A stretch of 34,863 nucleotides of DNA from an uncultured Chloroflexota bacterium (lineage in GTDB: Bacteria; Chloroflexota; UBA11872; UBA12225): positions 1-34,863 of the forward strand of contig CAILQO010000609.1 of the NCBI GenBank assembly GCA_903836285.1, read 5' to 3'. The position numbers and the translations under genes are program-made. The notes under the pieces are model-generated. The model did not search any database, was not told the DNA's origin, and worked only from the letters and a program-made list of their open reading frames with translations. Below are positions 10,491 through 18,204 of this stretch, piece after piece; position 1 is the first letter of the stretch, and each line of letters begins with the position of its first letter.

Positions 10491-12215
10491 GTGAGCGAGT
10501 TGCGCAGCCAGCGGTTACGGAAAGTGAACCATCAGGGAGATGCCCTGCGCCTCGGGATGAACTGGACCGAGGAGGACCTCGCCAAGCCCCAGATCCTTGT
10601 CGAAAGCGCCTACGGCATGGGCCATCCGGGGACCTTTCACTTCCGTCCCTTGATCGAGGAGGTATCGAACGGCGTCTTCGAGGCCGGAGGCAAGCCCGGG
10701 GTCTTCTACGCGTCGGACATCTGTGACGGCGTCGTCCAAGCCCACGCAGGCATGAGCTACTCGCTCGTGTCGCGCGATGTGCAAGCCGCGCTGATCGAGA
10801 TCCACGCCCTCGGCCACCCGCACGACGGCGCCGTGTTCATCTCAGGAAACGACAAGTCGGTACCCGCGCACCTGATGGCGATCGCACGGTGCGACCTGCC
10901 AAGCATCCTCGTGCCCGGCGGGACCCAGATCAACGCCCCGAACTACGTCACCAGCGACCAGCTTTGGGGCATGGGCGCCGCCGTCTCGCGCGGCGAGATG
11001 GCCCATGGCGACCTCGAACTGCACCAGAAGGGCGCGTGCCCGTCATGCGGCGCCTGCCAGTTCATGGGCAGCGCATCGACCGGTCAGGTGCTGGCTGAAG
11101 CGCTCGGCCTCGCCTTGCCGGGCACCGCGCTGATTCCCGTGCCCCTCGCCCAGCACCTGCGCATCGCCCGTGCATCCGGCAAGCAAATCCTGCGCCTCGT
11201 TGACATGGACTTGCGCCCCAGCCAGATCCTTACCCGCAAGGCGTTCGAGAACGCCATTGTCCTGCACGCCGCCGTGGGCGGCTCCACCAATTCACTCATC
11301 CACCTGCCGGCGATCGCGCGCGAGGCAGGCATCGACATCACGATCGACGACTTCGATCGCATCCACCGGCAAGTGCCGGTCCTCGCCAACGCGAAGACGA
11401 CTGGCAAGTACCCAGTCGAGTACCTGTGGTACGCCGGTGGTGTACCGGCGGTCATGCTCGAGGTGAAGGAGTTCCTCCACCTCGATTGCATGACCGTGAC
11501 GGGCAAGACGCTTGGCGAGAACCTTGAGGAGATTGACGCCGGCACATTCTTCATCCAGAACGCCGGGTACCTCGCCAACGTCAAGGTTGACCGAAACGAG
11601 GTCATACGCCCGCGCCGCGACCCGTTCGGACCGGAAGGTGGTATCGCCGTCCTGCGCGGGAACCTCGCCCCCGGCGGTGCAGTGATCAAGCACTTTTCCG
11701 TCCCCAAGGAGATGCACGTTCACATCGGACCCGCGCGCGTCTTCGACACCGAGGATCTGGCCGTCGAGGCGCTGCTGTCCCGGGAGGTAAAACCCGGTGA
11801 CGTCGTGATCATCCGGTACGAGGGGCCGAAGGCAAACGGCATGCCGGAGATGTACTACGCCACGGCGATCATCGCCGCGTCGAAGGAGCTCTCGGCGACC
11901 TGCGCCGTGATCACCGACGGGCGGTACTCCGGCGCGGCAAAGGGACCCGCGGTCGGGCACGTCACGCCCGAAGCGATGGACGGGGGTCCGATCGCGTTGG
12001 TCCATGAGGGTGACCTAATAGAAATCAACGTGCCGGAACGACGGCTTGCCGTCGTCGGGACAGCCGACGGACCGATGGAACCGTCCGCGGTCGATGCGAT
12101 CCTTGCAGAAAGGCGTGCCGAATGGATTCGGCCCAAGGCGCGCCACGTCAAGGGCATCCTCTCGCTGTATGCCCGCGTCGGAGCGGGTGCAAACGACGGC
12201 GGTTTCCTCGCGTAG
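10491..12215 (+). CDS. ilvD: Dihydroxy-acid / sugar-acid dehydratase (IlvD/Edd family)
   Basis: ICDG, GGSTN, GNLAPGGAVIK, IRYEGP, GMPEM, ITDGRYSG, VGHVTPEA; GTG 10491 after GAAGGGGA. Substrate uncertain. Confidence 0.88.
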   Translation: MSELRSQRLRKVNHQGDALRLGMNWTEEDLAKPQILVESAYGMGHPGTFHFRPLIEEVSNGVFEAGGKPGVFYASDICDGVVQAHAGMSYSLVSRDVQAALIEIHALGHPHDGAVFISGNDKSVPAHLMAIARCDLPSILVPGGTQINAPNYVTSDQLWGMGAAVSRGEMAHGDLELHQKGACPSCGACQFMGSASTGQVLAEALGLALPGTALIPVPLAQHLRIARASGKQILRLVDMDLRPSQILTRKAFENAIVLHAAVGGSTNSLIHLPAIAREAGIDITIDDFDRIHRQVPVLANAKTTGKYPVEYLWYAGGVPAVMLEVKEFLHLDCMTVTGKTLGENLEEIDAGTFFIQNAGYLANVKVDRNEVIRPRRDPFGPEGGIAVLRGNLAPGGAVIKHFSVPKEMHVHIGPARVFDTEDLAVEALLSREVKPGDVVIIRYEGPKANGMPEMYYATAIIAASKELSATCAVITDGRYSGAAKGPAVGHVTPEAMDGGPIALVHEGDLIEINVPERRLAVVGTADGPMEPSAVDAILAERRAEWIRPKARHVKGILSLYARVGAGANDGGFLA

Positions 12216-12221
12216 AACCGT

Positions 12222-13511
12222 TCAGCGGGGCGAGTACTCCAAGCGATCTCGCCCTGCCTCAAGCAGGCCCATCACCGCACGCAAGGCGTCCGACGGGGCG
12301 ATCAAGTCAATGCACCGGCACCCGGCACAGGCCTCAATTGGCCCCGGTCGAAACGACCTCGTTTGCGAACACGCGTCAGGCGAAACGATTGCGACGCCTC
12401 GCCCGAAATATGGCCCACCAGGCGGCGCGTACGGGCCGAACGCGCGCGGGTCGGTTGGCCCGTAGAGCGCAACGGCAGGCGTCCCCATCGCGACCGCCAA
12501 GTGCAGGGGCACGGAATCGTTGCCGAGGTAGGCATCCGCGCGACCGATGATCGCGGCAAGCGTCGCGAGATCCGGTCCTCCCGACAAGTCGGCCAAGGGC
12601 ACCCTGGCCGACTCGCGCACCGCGTCGACGACCACTGCATCCGTCCGGTCGCCAACCAGGGCTACCCGGTACCCGGAGTACACGAGTGACCTTGCGACGT
12701 CGCCGAAACGTTCAGCTGGCCATCGCTTCGCGTTCAACGTCATGCCTGGGTTCGCCCCACCGCCGGGGTGGATTACCACGACTGGTCCACCGGGCCCCCC
12801 AAGCCCCGCCGCCTCCCAGAGCAGGTCTGCCTGCGCAGCGGCGACCGGCCCGGGATCAAACGCGAGCTTTGGTGGGGGGATCGGATCGGTGTTCCACGCA
12901 GTTGCCGTCGCCTCACTGGCAACGCGCAGGTACAGGTCGGCCTCGTGGCACCGGCGCACCCACGGCACCCGCATCCCATGCGCGAAACCCCGCCCAGCAC
13001 TGTCAATCCCGGCGCGCCACGGAACGGCAGCAATGAGCGCCGCGACGGCTACAAGCGGTGACCGATCGAGCACGACGGCGAGGTCATACGAGCCGTCCCG
13101 CAATATCCGGGCTGCTTCGGGCAGGTCTCGAACCCCGAACCGGCCCGGAGTCCCGAAGTTGCCGAGGTCAACCAACCTGTCAATGCCGAGGACACCACGG
13201 GCGGCAGGAAGTGACCATTGCCCAACCGCCAGCGAGAGGTGAGCCGTCGGAAAGGCGACACGCAGAAGTGAAATCGCAGGCGTTGCCAGGATCACGTCGC
13301 CGAGCGATGCCGGCTTGATGACGACAAGGCGACGGATCGCCGATGCCGGTGGTGCGCCGTGGCCGGGGACGACCGTGGCGGCCAGGCGCGAACCGGCGCT
13401 GATCAGCTTCGTGCGCCAAGCGGCGCCAGAGCGGCGGGGAGACCCGTTCACGATGTTGGCCCGACAATTAGGAGCGGACCCACGCACGTGAACGGTGAAC
13501 GGCGCGGCCAT
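12222..13511 (-). CDS. Glycosyltransferase family 9 (heptosyltransferase-like)
   Basis: KPASLGDVILATP, VIHPGG, KRWPAERF, GNDSVPLHLAVAMGTPAVALYGPT; start may instead be GTG 13451. Confidence 0.88.
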   Translation of the reverse strand: MAAPFTVHVRGSAPNCRANIVNGSPRRSGAAWRTKLISAGSRLAATVVPGHGAPPASAIRRLVVIKPASLGDVILATPAISLLRVAFPTAHLSLAVGQWSLPAARGVLGIDRLVDLGNFGTPGRFGVRDLPEAARILRDGSYDLAVVLDRSPLVAVAALIAAVPWRAGIDSAGRGFAHGMRVPWVRRCHEADLYLRVASEATATAWNTDPIPPPKLAFDPGPVAAAQADLLWEAAGLGGPGGPVVVIHPGGGANPGMTLNAKRWPAERFGDVARSLVYSGYRVALVGDRTDAVVVDAVRESARVPLADLSGGPDLATLAAIIGRADAYLGNDSVPLHLAVAMGTPAVALYGPTDPRAFGPYAPPGGPYFGRGVAIVSPDACSQTRSFRPGPIEACAGCRCIDLIAPSDALRAVMGLLEAGRDRLEYSPR

Positions 13512-13528
13512 CCGTCCCGCATGTTGGC

Positions 13529-13534
13529 ACTATA
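13529..13534 (-). promoter_or_regulatory. Candidate -10 element (TATAGT) for the GT9 transcript
   Basis: AT-rich hexamer in a GC-rich divergent intergenic region, 6 nt before an ATG at 13522. Confidence 0.45.
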
Positions 13535-13704
13535 CGGACGACGTGGTCTCAGCCAGCGAAGGGCCAATGGCACGGACGCGGATACCCTGTGAGCGCGTTC
13601 GGGGCGGTGGGCTCCAGATGCGTACGAGGCCATGGTGACGGGGGCGGGTGAAGCGGGTCCCGGGGTTCCGGTCACCTGCACGCAAGGATAGCGAGGGGTC
13701 GGAC

Positions 13705-14943
13705 GTGTCAAGCGATGCACGGCGCCCCGAACAGGGTGCATCGAAAGCGGACGAGGCAGCGACTGAAGCGCGCCGTGCGGAAGGCAGGGCCGCCTTGGCC
13801 CTCCTTGAGGCGACCCGCTTGGCGGACGTCGGGATCTCGCGCAGCGTCCCCGCTTCCCTCCCCACCGACGACCAATCAGCGCCACGGGTGCCACCCGAAC
13901 CGTCCCCGATCCGGCGAACGCAGCCGCGCGCGCTCGCCGCCGTCCCTGATCCCGTTCCGGCGGTGCCGGTCCCGGATGGGTCGCCGTCGATTCAAGGCAC
14001 TGGCGACCGCCTCTCCGGCCTTGACGTCCTCATGGAGTCCATCGAGACGACCCGTCGAGGCCTTGAGTTGCAGGGCATCGCCGTAGCCCGCAACTTGCGT
14101 GAGACGGAAGCACAACTCTCGCAAGTACGCCAGGTCCTGCCCGAAGCCCTCCAGACACAAGCAAACCTTCGTGAACTGGCGAGCGCCTTTGAGGCGATGC
14201 GGGTCCAGCAGACCGGCGCGCTCAACAATGCACTTGGCGAGGTCCAGTCCTCGTTGGCCGTCTGGCGAACCAACGCCGAGAGCGCCCTAGACTCCTTCCA
14301 GACCGCGAGCACTTCGCTCGTCTCCTCCCAAGGCCGTGAGGCTGACGCGATCCTCTCGGAGGTGCGCTCCACGACGGAGCGCGAGCTTGCCCGCCTCGAA
14401 CGTGCCATCGGTGCGCACCTTGCCCGAATGGACGGCGCCCAACAGGAACTGGCGTCGTGGCAACAGGCCGTCCAAGCCGCCCTGCAGTCAACCATGATCG
14501 ATGCGCACCAGCGACTTGAAGAGGCGGCGGTCGGAAATCTGCGAGCCCTGAGCGGGTCCCTGAGCGCGATTGCCGAGCAACTCAACGTCGTCGACCGAGA
14601 CCGGCAGGTCCTTGCGGAGCAAATCTACACCGTCGCGAGCCAGGTTGACACGACGGTAGCGACCGTCAAGATATGGGAGTCGCGCATCGCAAACATCGAG
14701 GCGGAGACGCTGCCGAGCGGGTCCATCGACTCGCGCGTGCAGAGCGCCGAAACTGAAGTTGCTCGCGTAAGTGAGTACAACCTCAACATCGACGGCCAGC
14801 TGAACTCGATGGAGGAGCGCCACCAAGAACTCCTGGAACAGTTCCTGCAGATGCAGCGAGACATGCAGGTCGTCGCTTGGGTCGGGTTGGCGATGATCGT
14901 GGCGATCATCGGCCTAGGTGCCACGCTTGTGCTTCGGAGCTAA
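13705..14943 (+). CDS. Hypothetical coiled-coil protein with a C-terminal transmembrane anchor
   Basis: Pro-rich N-terminus, about 280 aa of Q/E/L/A-rich helical heptads, terminal hydrophobic helix VVAWVGLAMIVAIIGLGATLVL; GTG 13705 after GAGGGG (ORF track starts at 13648). Confidence 0.75.
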   Translation: MSSDARRPEQGASKADEAATEARRAEGRAALALLEATRLADVGISRSVPASLPTDDQSAPRVPPEPSPIRRTQPRALAAVPDPVPAVPVPDGSPSIQGTGDRLSGLDVLMESIETTRRGLELQGIAVARNLRETEAQLSQVRQVLPEALQTQANLRELASAFEAMRVQQTGALNNALGEVQSSLAVWRTNAESALDSFQTASTSLVSSQGREADAILSEVRSTTERELARLERAIGAHLARMDGAQQELASWQQAVQAALQSTMIDAHQRLEEAAVGNLRALSGSLSAIAEQLNVVDRDRQVLAEQIYTVASQVDTTVATVKIWESRIANIEAETLPSGSIDSRVQSAETEVARVSEYNLNIDGQLNSMEERHQELLEQFLQMQRDMQVVAWVGLAMIVAIIGLGATLVLRS

Positions 14944-15893
14944 CCCCGACGCGTCGCCTCGTCGGCGGCGCGACCAGACTCGTCGTCGTCCGAGATCGGC
15001 GTGGCGAGGCGCGCATAGATCCGCCCCAGCTGCGAGTCGTCCGCAAAGTGGATGACAATCCGGCCACCTCGACGCAGCCGAACGAGATCGACCCGGCTCG
15101 CATCATGACCGAGTGCGGCCCGAAGCCCTGAGGCGAGCGGGTTCGGCACCGTACGAGGTGGAACCGTCCCGACGGCAGTGAGGTCGTCGCGAGCGGCGGT
15201 CTCCTTGCGGACGATTGCCTCCACCTGCCGGACGTTCAGTCCCTCGTGAATCACCCGCGTCGCAACCTGACGAATACGGGCAGCGTCAGCCAGACCAAGA
15301 AGCGCGCGAGCGTGGCCTTCAGACAGGTCACCGTCCCGCACGTCCTGCTGGACGCTTGGCGGCAAGTTCAGCAAGCGCAGGGTGTTCGCGACCGTATGCC
15401 GGCTGCGACCGACGCGCCGCCCAATCTCGTCCTGGGTCATGCCAAACTCCGTTGCGAGTTGGCGGTACGCCATCGCTGCCTCGATTGAGTTCAGGTCGGC
15501 GCGGTGGACGTTTTCGACGATCGCCAACTCCAGTTGCTCGCGCGGCGTCGCGTCTCGCACGGTGACCGGCACGAACCGGCGCCCGGCGATCCGAGCCGCC
15601 TGAAGGCGTCTTTCGCCAGCAATCAGCTGGTAGCGCGGCGGTCCAGCCGCGACGGGGTCATTGAGAACAGTGACCACGAGCGGTTGCAGGACACCGTGGG
15701 CACGGATCGAGTCCGCGAGGTCCGCCAATGCAACTTCGTCGAACGACCCCCGCGGTTGGCGTGGGTTCGGCACGACGCGATCAATCTCCACCTCAAGTTG
15801 ACCGGAAGTGATCGGATCAACCGGAACGTCGGTCTCGGTGCCCCCGGAGATGAGAGCGTCCAAGCCTCGCCCGAGGCCGCGGCGTGGGGGCAT
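14940..15893 (-). CDS. parB: Chromosome partitioning protein ParB/Spo0J
   Basis: RRGLGRGLDALI N-terminus, PNPRQPR, GVLQP, LIAGERR, ENVHRADL, HTH TQDEIGRRVGRSRHTVANTLRL, LSEGHAR. Confidence 0.96.
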   Translation of the reverse strand: MPPRRGLGRGLDALISGGTETDVPVDPITSGQLEVEIDRVVPNPRQPRGSFDEVALADLADSIRAHGVLQPLVVTVLNDPVAAGPPRYQLIAGERRLQAARIAGRRFVPVTVRDATPREQLELAIVENVHRADLNSIEAAMAYRQLATEFGMTQDEIGRRVGRSRHTVANTLRLLNLPPSVQQDVRDGDLSEGHARALLGLADAARIRQVATRVIHEGLNVRQVEAIVRKETAARDDLTAVGTVPPRTVPNPLASGLRAALGHDASRVDLVRLRRGGRIVIHFADDSQLGRIYARLATPISDDDESGRAADEATRRG

Positions 15894-15894
15894 G

Positions 15895-16716
15895 TCAGGA
15901 CTCCGGGGCCGGGGTAACCGTTGCCACAAGGTCTCCACGGGCCTCAATCTCGGCCGCCAATGTTCGGTAGGCCTCGGCGCCCCGGCCAGAGGGATCGTAG
16001 CGGAGGATGCCCTGACCGTGGCTTGGCGCCTCGGCAAGGCGGACGGTCCGCGGGATCGTGGTCGTAAGGATCAGGTCCGCAAAATGGCGCCTCACCTCTT
16101 CCACGACACCCTGCGACAGGCCGGTGCGCCCATCAAACATGGTCATCGCCAGATGGAGGCGACGCAAGTCTGGGTTCAGGCGATCACGCACGCGGCGCAA
16201 CGTCCCCAGCAGTTGGGTAAGACCCTCCAGCGCGAGGTACTCGCACTGAACCGGCGCCAGGACTTCCGAGGCAGCCACGAGGCCGTTGAGGGTCAAGGTC
16301 CCGAGGGACGGCGGGCAGTCAACCAAGACGAAGGCATAGGATCCCGCGTAAGGGATAACTGCCGCACGAAGGCGCACGGCGCGGTCCGTCGCGGATGCCA
16401 ATTCCGTATCGGTGCCAGCCAAGTCAGGTGACGCAGGGACAAGGCTGACGCACGCCCCATCCGGGACCGACCGTAAGCACGCCGCGGAGACATCCACGAC
16501 CGCATCACCCAGCTGGACCTCACGCATGAGGACCTCATACGTTCCCCGAAGGTCCTTCGCGACACCCAATGAGCTCGTCAAGTTGGCTTGGGGATCCAGG
16601 TCGATGAGAAGCACTCGGTGCCCACGCGACGCCAGTGCTGCACCTAGGCCGGCGACCGTGGTCGTCTTGCCGACGCCGCCCTTCTGGTTCGCGATCGCGA
16701 TGACCCGGGTGCGCAC
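15895..16716 (-). CDS. parA: Chromosome partitioning ATPase ParA/Soj
   Basis: Deviant Walker A NQKGGVGKTT, DLDPQAN, DCPPSLG, PVQCEYLALEG, RLAEAPSHG; GTG 16716 with GGAG 6 nt upstream. Confidence 0.96.
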   Translation of the reverse strand: MRTRVIAIANQKGGVGKTTTVAGLGAALASRGHRVLLIDLDPQANLTSSLGVAKDLRGTYEVLMREVQLGDAVVDVSAACLRSVPDGACVSLVPASPDLAGTDTELASATDRAVRLRAAVIPYAGSYAFVLVDCPPSLGTLTLNGLVAASEVLAPVQCEYLALEGLTQLLGTLRRVRDRLNPDLRRLHLAMTMFDGRTGLSQGVVEEVRRHFADLILTTTIPRTVRLAEAPSHGQGILRYDPSGRGAEAYRTLAAEIEARGDLVATVTPAPES

Positions 16717-16720
16717 TCGT

Positions 16721-16736
16721 TGCTCCACGTGGGCCA
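16721..16736. promoter_or_regulatory. Degenerate parS-like palindrome
   Basis: TGCTCCACGTGGGCCA matches 13/16 of TGTTCCACGTGGAACA and lies directly upstream of parA. Confidence 0.3.
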
Positions 16737-16848
16737 ACCTCCGCGACCCATCGTGCCTGAAAGCCGCAGACGCCCGGCGATCCAGGTCCCGGCGGCAACT
16801 CGGCCGTGGCACGATCATCTCACACGCCCGGAAGACGGCCCAAAGAGG

Positions 16849-17445
16849 ATGCCCCCACGACGCACCCGAGACACCACCACGTGGGTGGACTCATGGGAGT
16901 CATATGCGGAACAGCAGGTCCGCGAGGCGATCGACCGCGGGGAGTTCGACAGGCTGCCGGGCGCAGGCGCGCCGATTGACCTGGGCGACGTCAACCCTTT
17001 CGAGGGAGACTTGGGCCCAGCGTACCGTCTGGCACGGAACGCTGGTGTGGTGCCCGGGTGGGTCGCGCTCGGACAAGAAGTCGAGGCGTGCCTCCTCACG
17101 CTCGAGACCCTCCTCGGGTCCCTCCCGCGTTCACCTGTCGCCCTGGAGAAGCCGGAGTCCGTCGCTCCCCAGGGTGGAAGTCGTTGGCGGGAGAAGCTGC
17201 GTCTGCTGTGGCTCGGTTCACCTCACCTCGCGAGTGAGCCAGCAATCGCGACGCCGACCAATGCCAGGACGATTGCCCGAGCGCGCTTCATTGACCGGGC
17301 GGCACACGCGGACAGCCGAATACGCGCATACAACAGCCAGTTGCCGCGCAGCCTTGCGTGGCTCGAACGCCCGCGATACACGCCCCAGATGGCAGCAACC
17401 CGGTTTGACCGGGCGTGGCCACCGTCGGACGAGCCTCGCGGGTAG
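16849..17445 (+). CDS. DUF1992 (DnaJ-family-associated) domain protein
   Basis: AEQQVREAIDRGEFDRLPGAGAPIDL and LARNAGVVPGWV; C-terminal IRAYN. Confidence 0.8.
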   Translation: MPPRRTRDTTTWVDSWESYAEQQVREAIDRGEFDRLPGAGAPIDLGDVNPFEGDLGPAYRLARNAGVVPGWVALGQEVEACLLTLETLLGSLPRSPVALEKPESVAPQGGSRWREKLRLLWLGSPHLASEPAIATPTNARTIARARFIDRAAHADSRIRAYNSQLPRSLAWLERPRYTPQMAATRFDRAWPPSDEPRG

Positions 17446-17451
17446 CGGACC

Positions 17452-18054
17452 TCAAGCAATCGCTGGTGGCACGCGGGGCTCGTCTCCCAACGGCCCTTGC
17501 CTTGCTTCGGCGGCCTCGAAATCAGGTCCAAGCACGCCCATGTAAATAAGGGTGTGCCACGTGCCGTTCACCCGCATCTCCTCGCGCAGGTACCCCTCAA
17601 CAACGAACCCGCACTTCTCGTAAGCCCGACGTGCCCGGAGGTTGTAGTCGAGCACCCGGAGGTACACCTTGTGCAACTCGAGGTCGTCGAAGGCGTAGCG
17701 CAGCGAGAGGCGGAGCGCCTCAGTACCGAGACCACGGTCCCGGTGCTGGGAGCCGAGCCAAATCGACAGTTCCGCCGCGTCGTGTGGCACCGAACGGTCC
17801 CACAGGCTGACTAGACCGATTGGTAGCCCGTCCAGTGTGGTGACAAGCAAGTCGGTCAGCGCCGAACTCTGCTCCCCGAGCGGGATGTGGCGCCACAGCC
17901 ACGCGGTTGGCGACGAGTCAACCCCCATGAAGTGGTCGATCTCCGCGTCATCCCGGAGCGCAGTGAGCGCCGGCTGGTCAGCCTCGGTCGCGCGACGTAT
18001 GCGGACGAGGCGCCCCGCACGGATCGCCGGCGCCCGCCTGTTCCCCCCGCGCAT
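17452..18054 (-). CDS. GNAT N-acetyltransferase (RimJ/RimL type)
   Basis: HRDRGLGTEA acetyl-CoA motif, LELHKVYLRV, NLRARRAYEKCGFVVEG; start placed at ATG 18054. Confidence 0.88.
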   Translation of the reverse strand: MRGGNRRAPAIRAGRLVRIRRATEADQPALTALRDDAEIDHFMGVDSSPTAWLWRHIPLGEQSSALTDLLVTTLDGLPIGLVSLWDRSVPHDAAELSIWLGSQHRDRGLGTEALRLSLRYAFDDLELHKVYLRVLDYNLRARRAYEKCGFVVEGYLREEMRVNGTWHTLIYMGVLGPDFEAAEARQGPLGDEPRVPPAIA

Positions 18055-18204
18055 GGCCGGGAGGGTAGCCGAGATCTCGTTGCGGGGCCCAATCAGGCGC
18101 TGCCTGGACGCGATCCATATACTGCGCGAACGGGTCCGGGAGTACCGTGTCGGCGCAGGTCGGGCCGACGTCGTTCTCGAACCCTCGTGCGACGAAGCGT
18201 TCAG

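Noticed and set aside
16412-17545. 377-aa plus-strand ORF across parA and DUF1992
   Set aside because: Arg/Ser/Thr-rich shadow frame overlapping two well-supported genes
17887-18204. Long upstream extensions of the GNAT (to 18405) and channel A frames (from 17887)
   Set aside because: They overlap each other antisense and have no family-like sequence; ATG 18054 (minus) and ATG 18205 (plus) give a clean divergent pair
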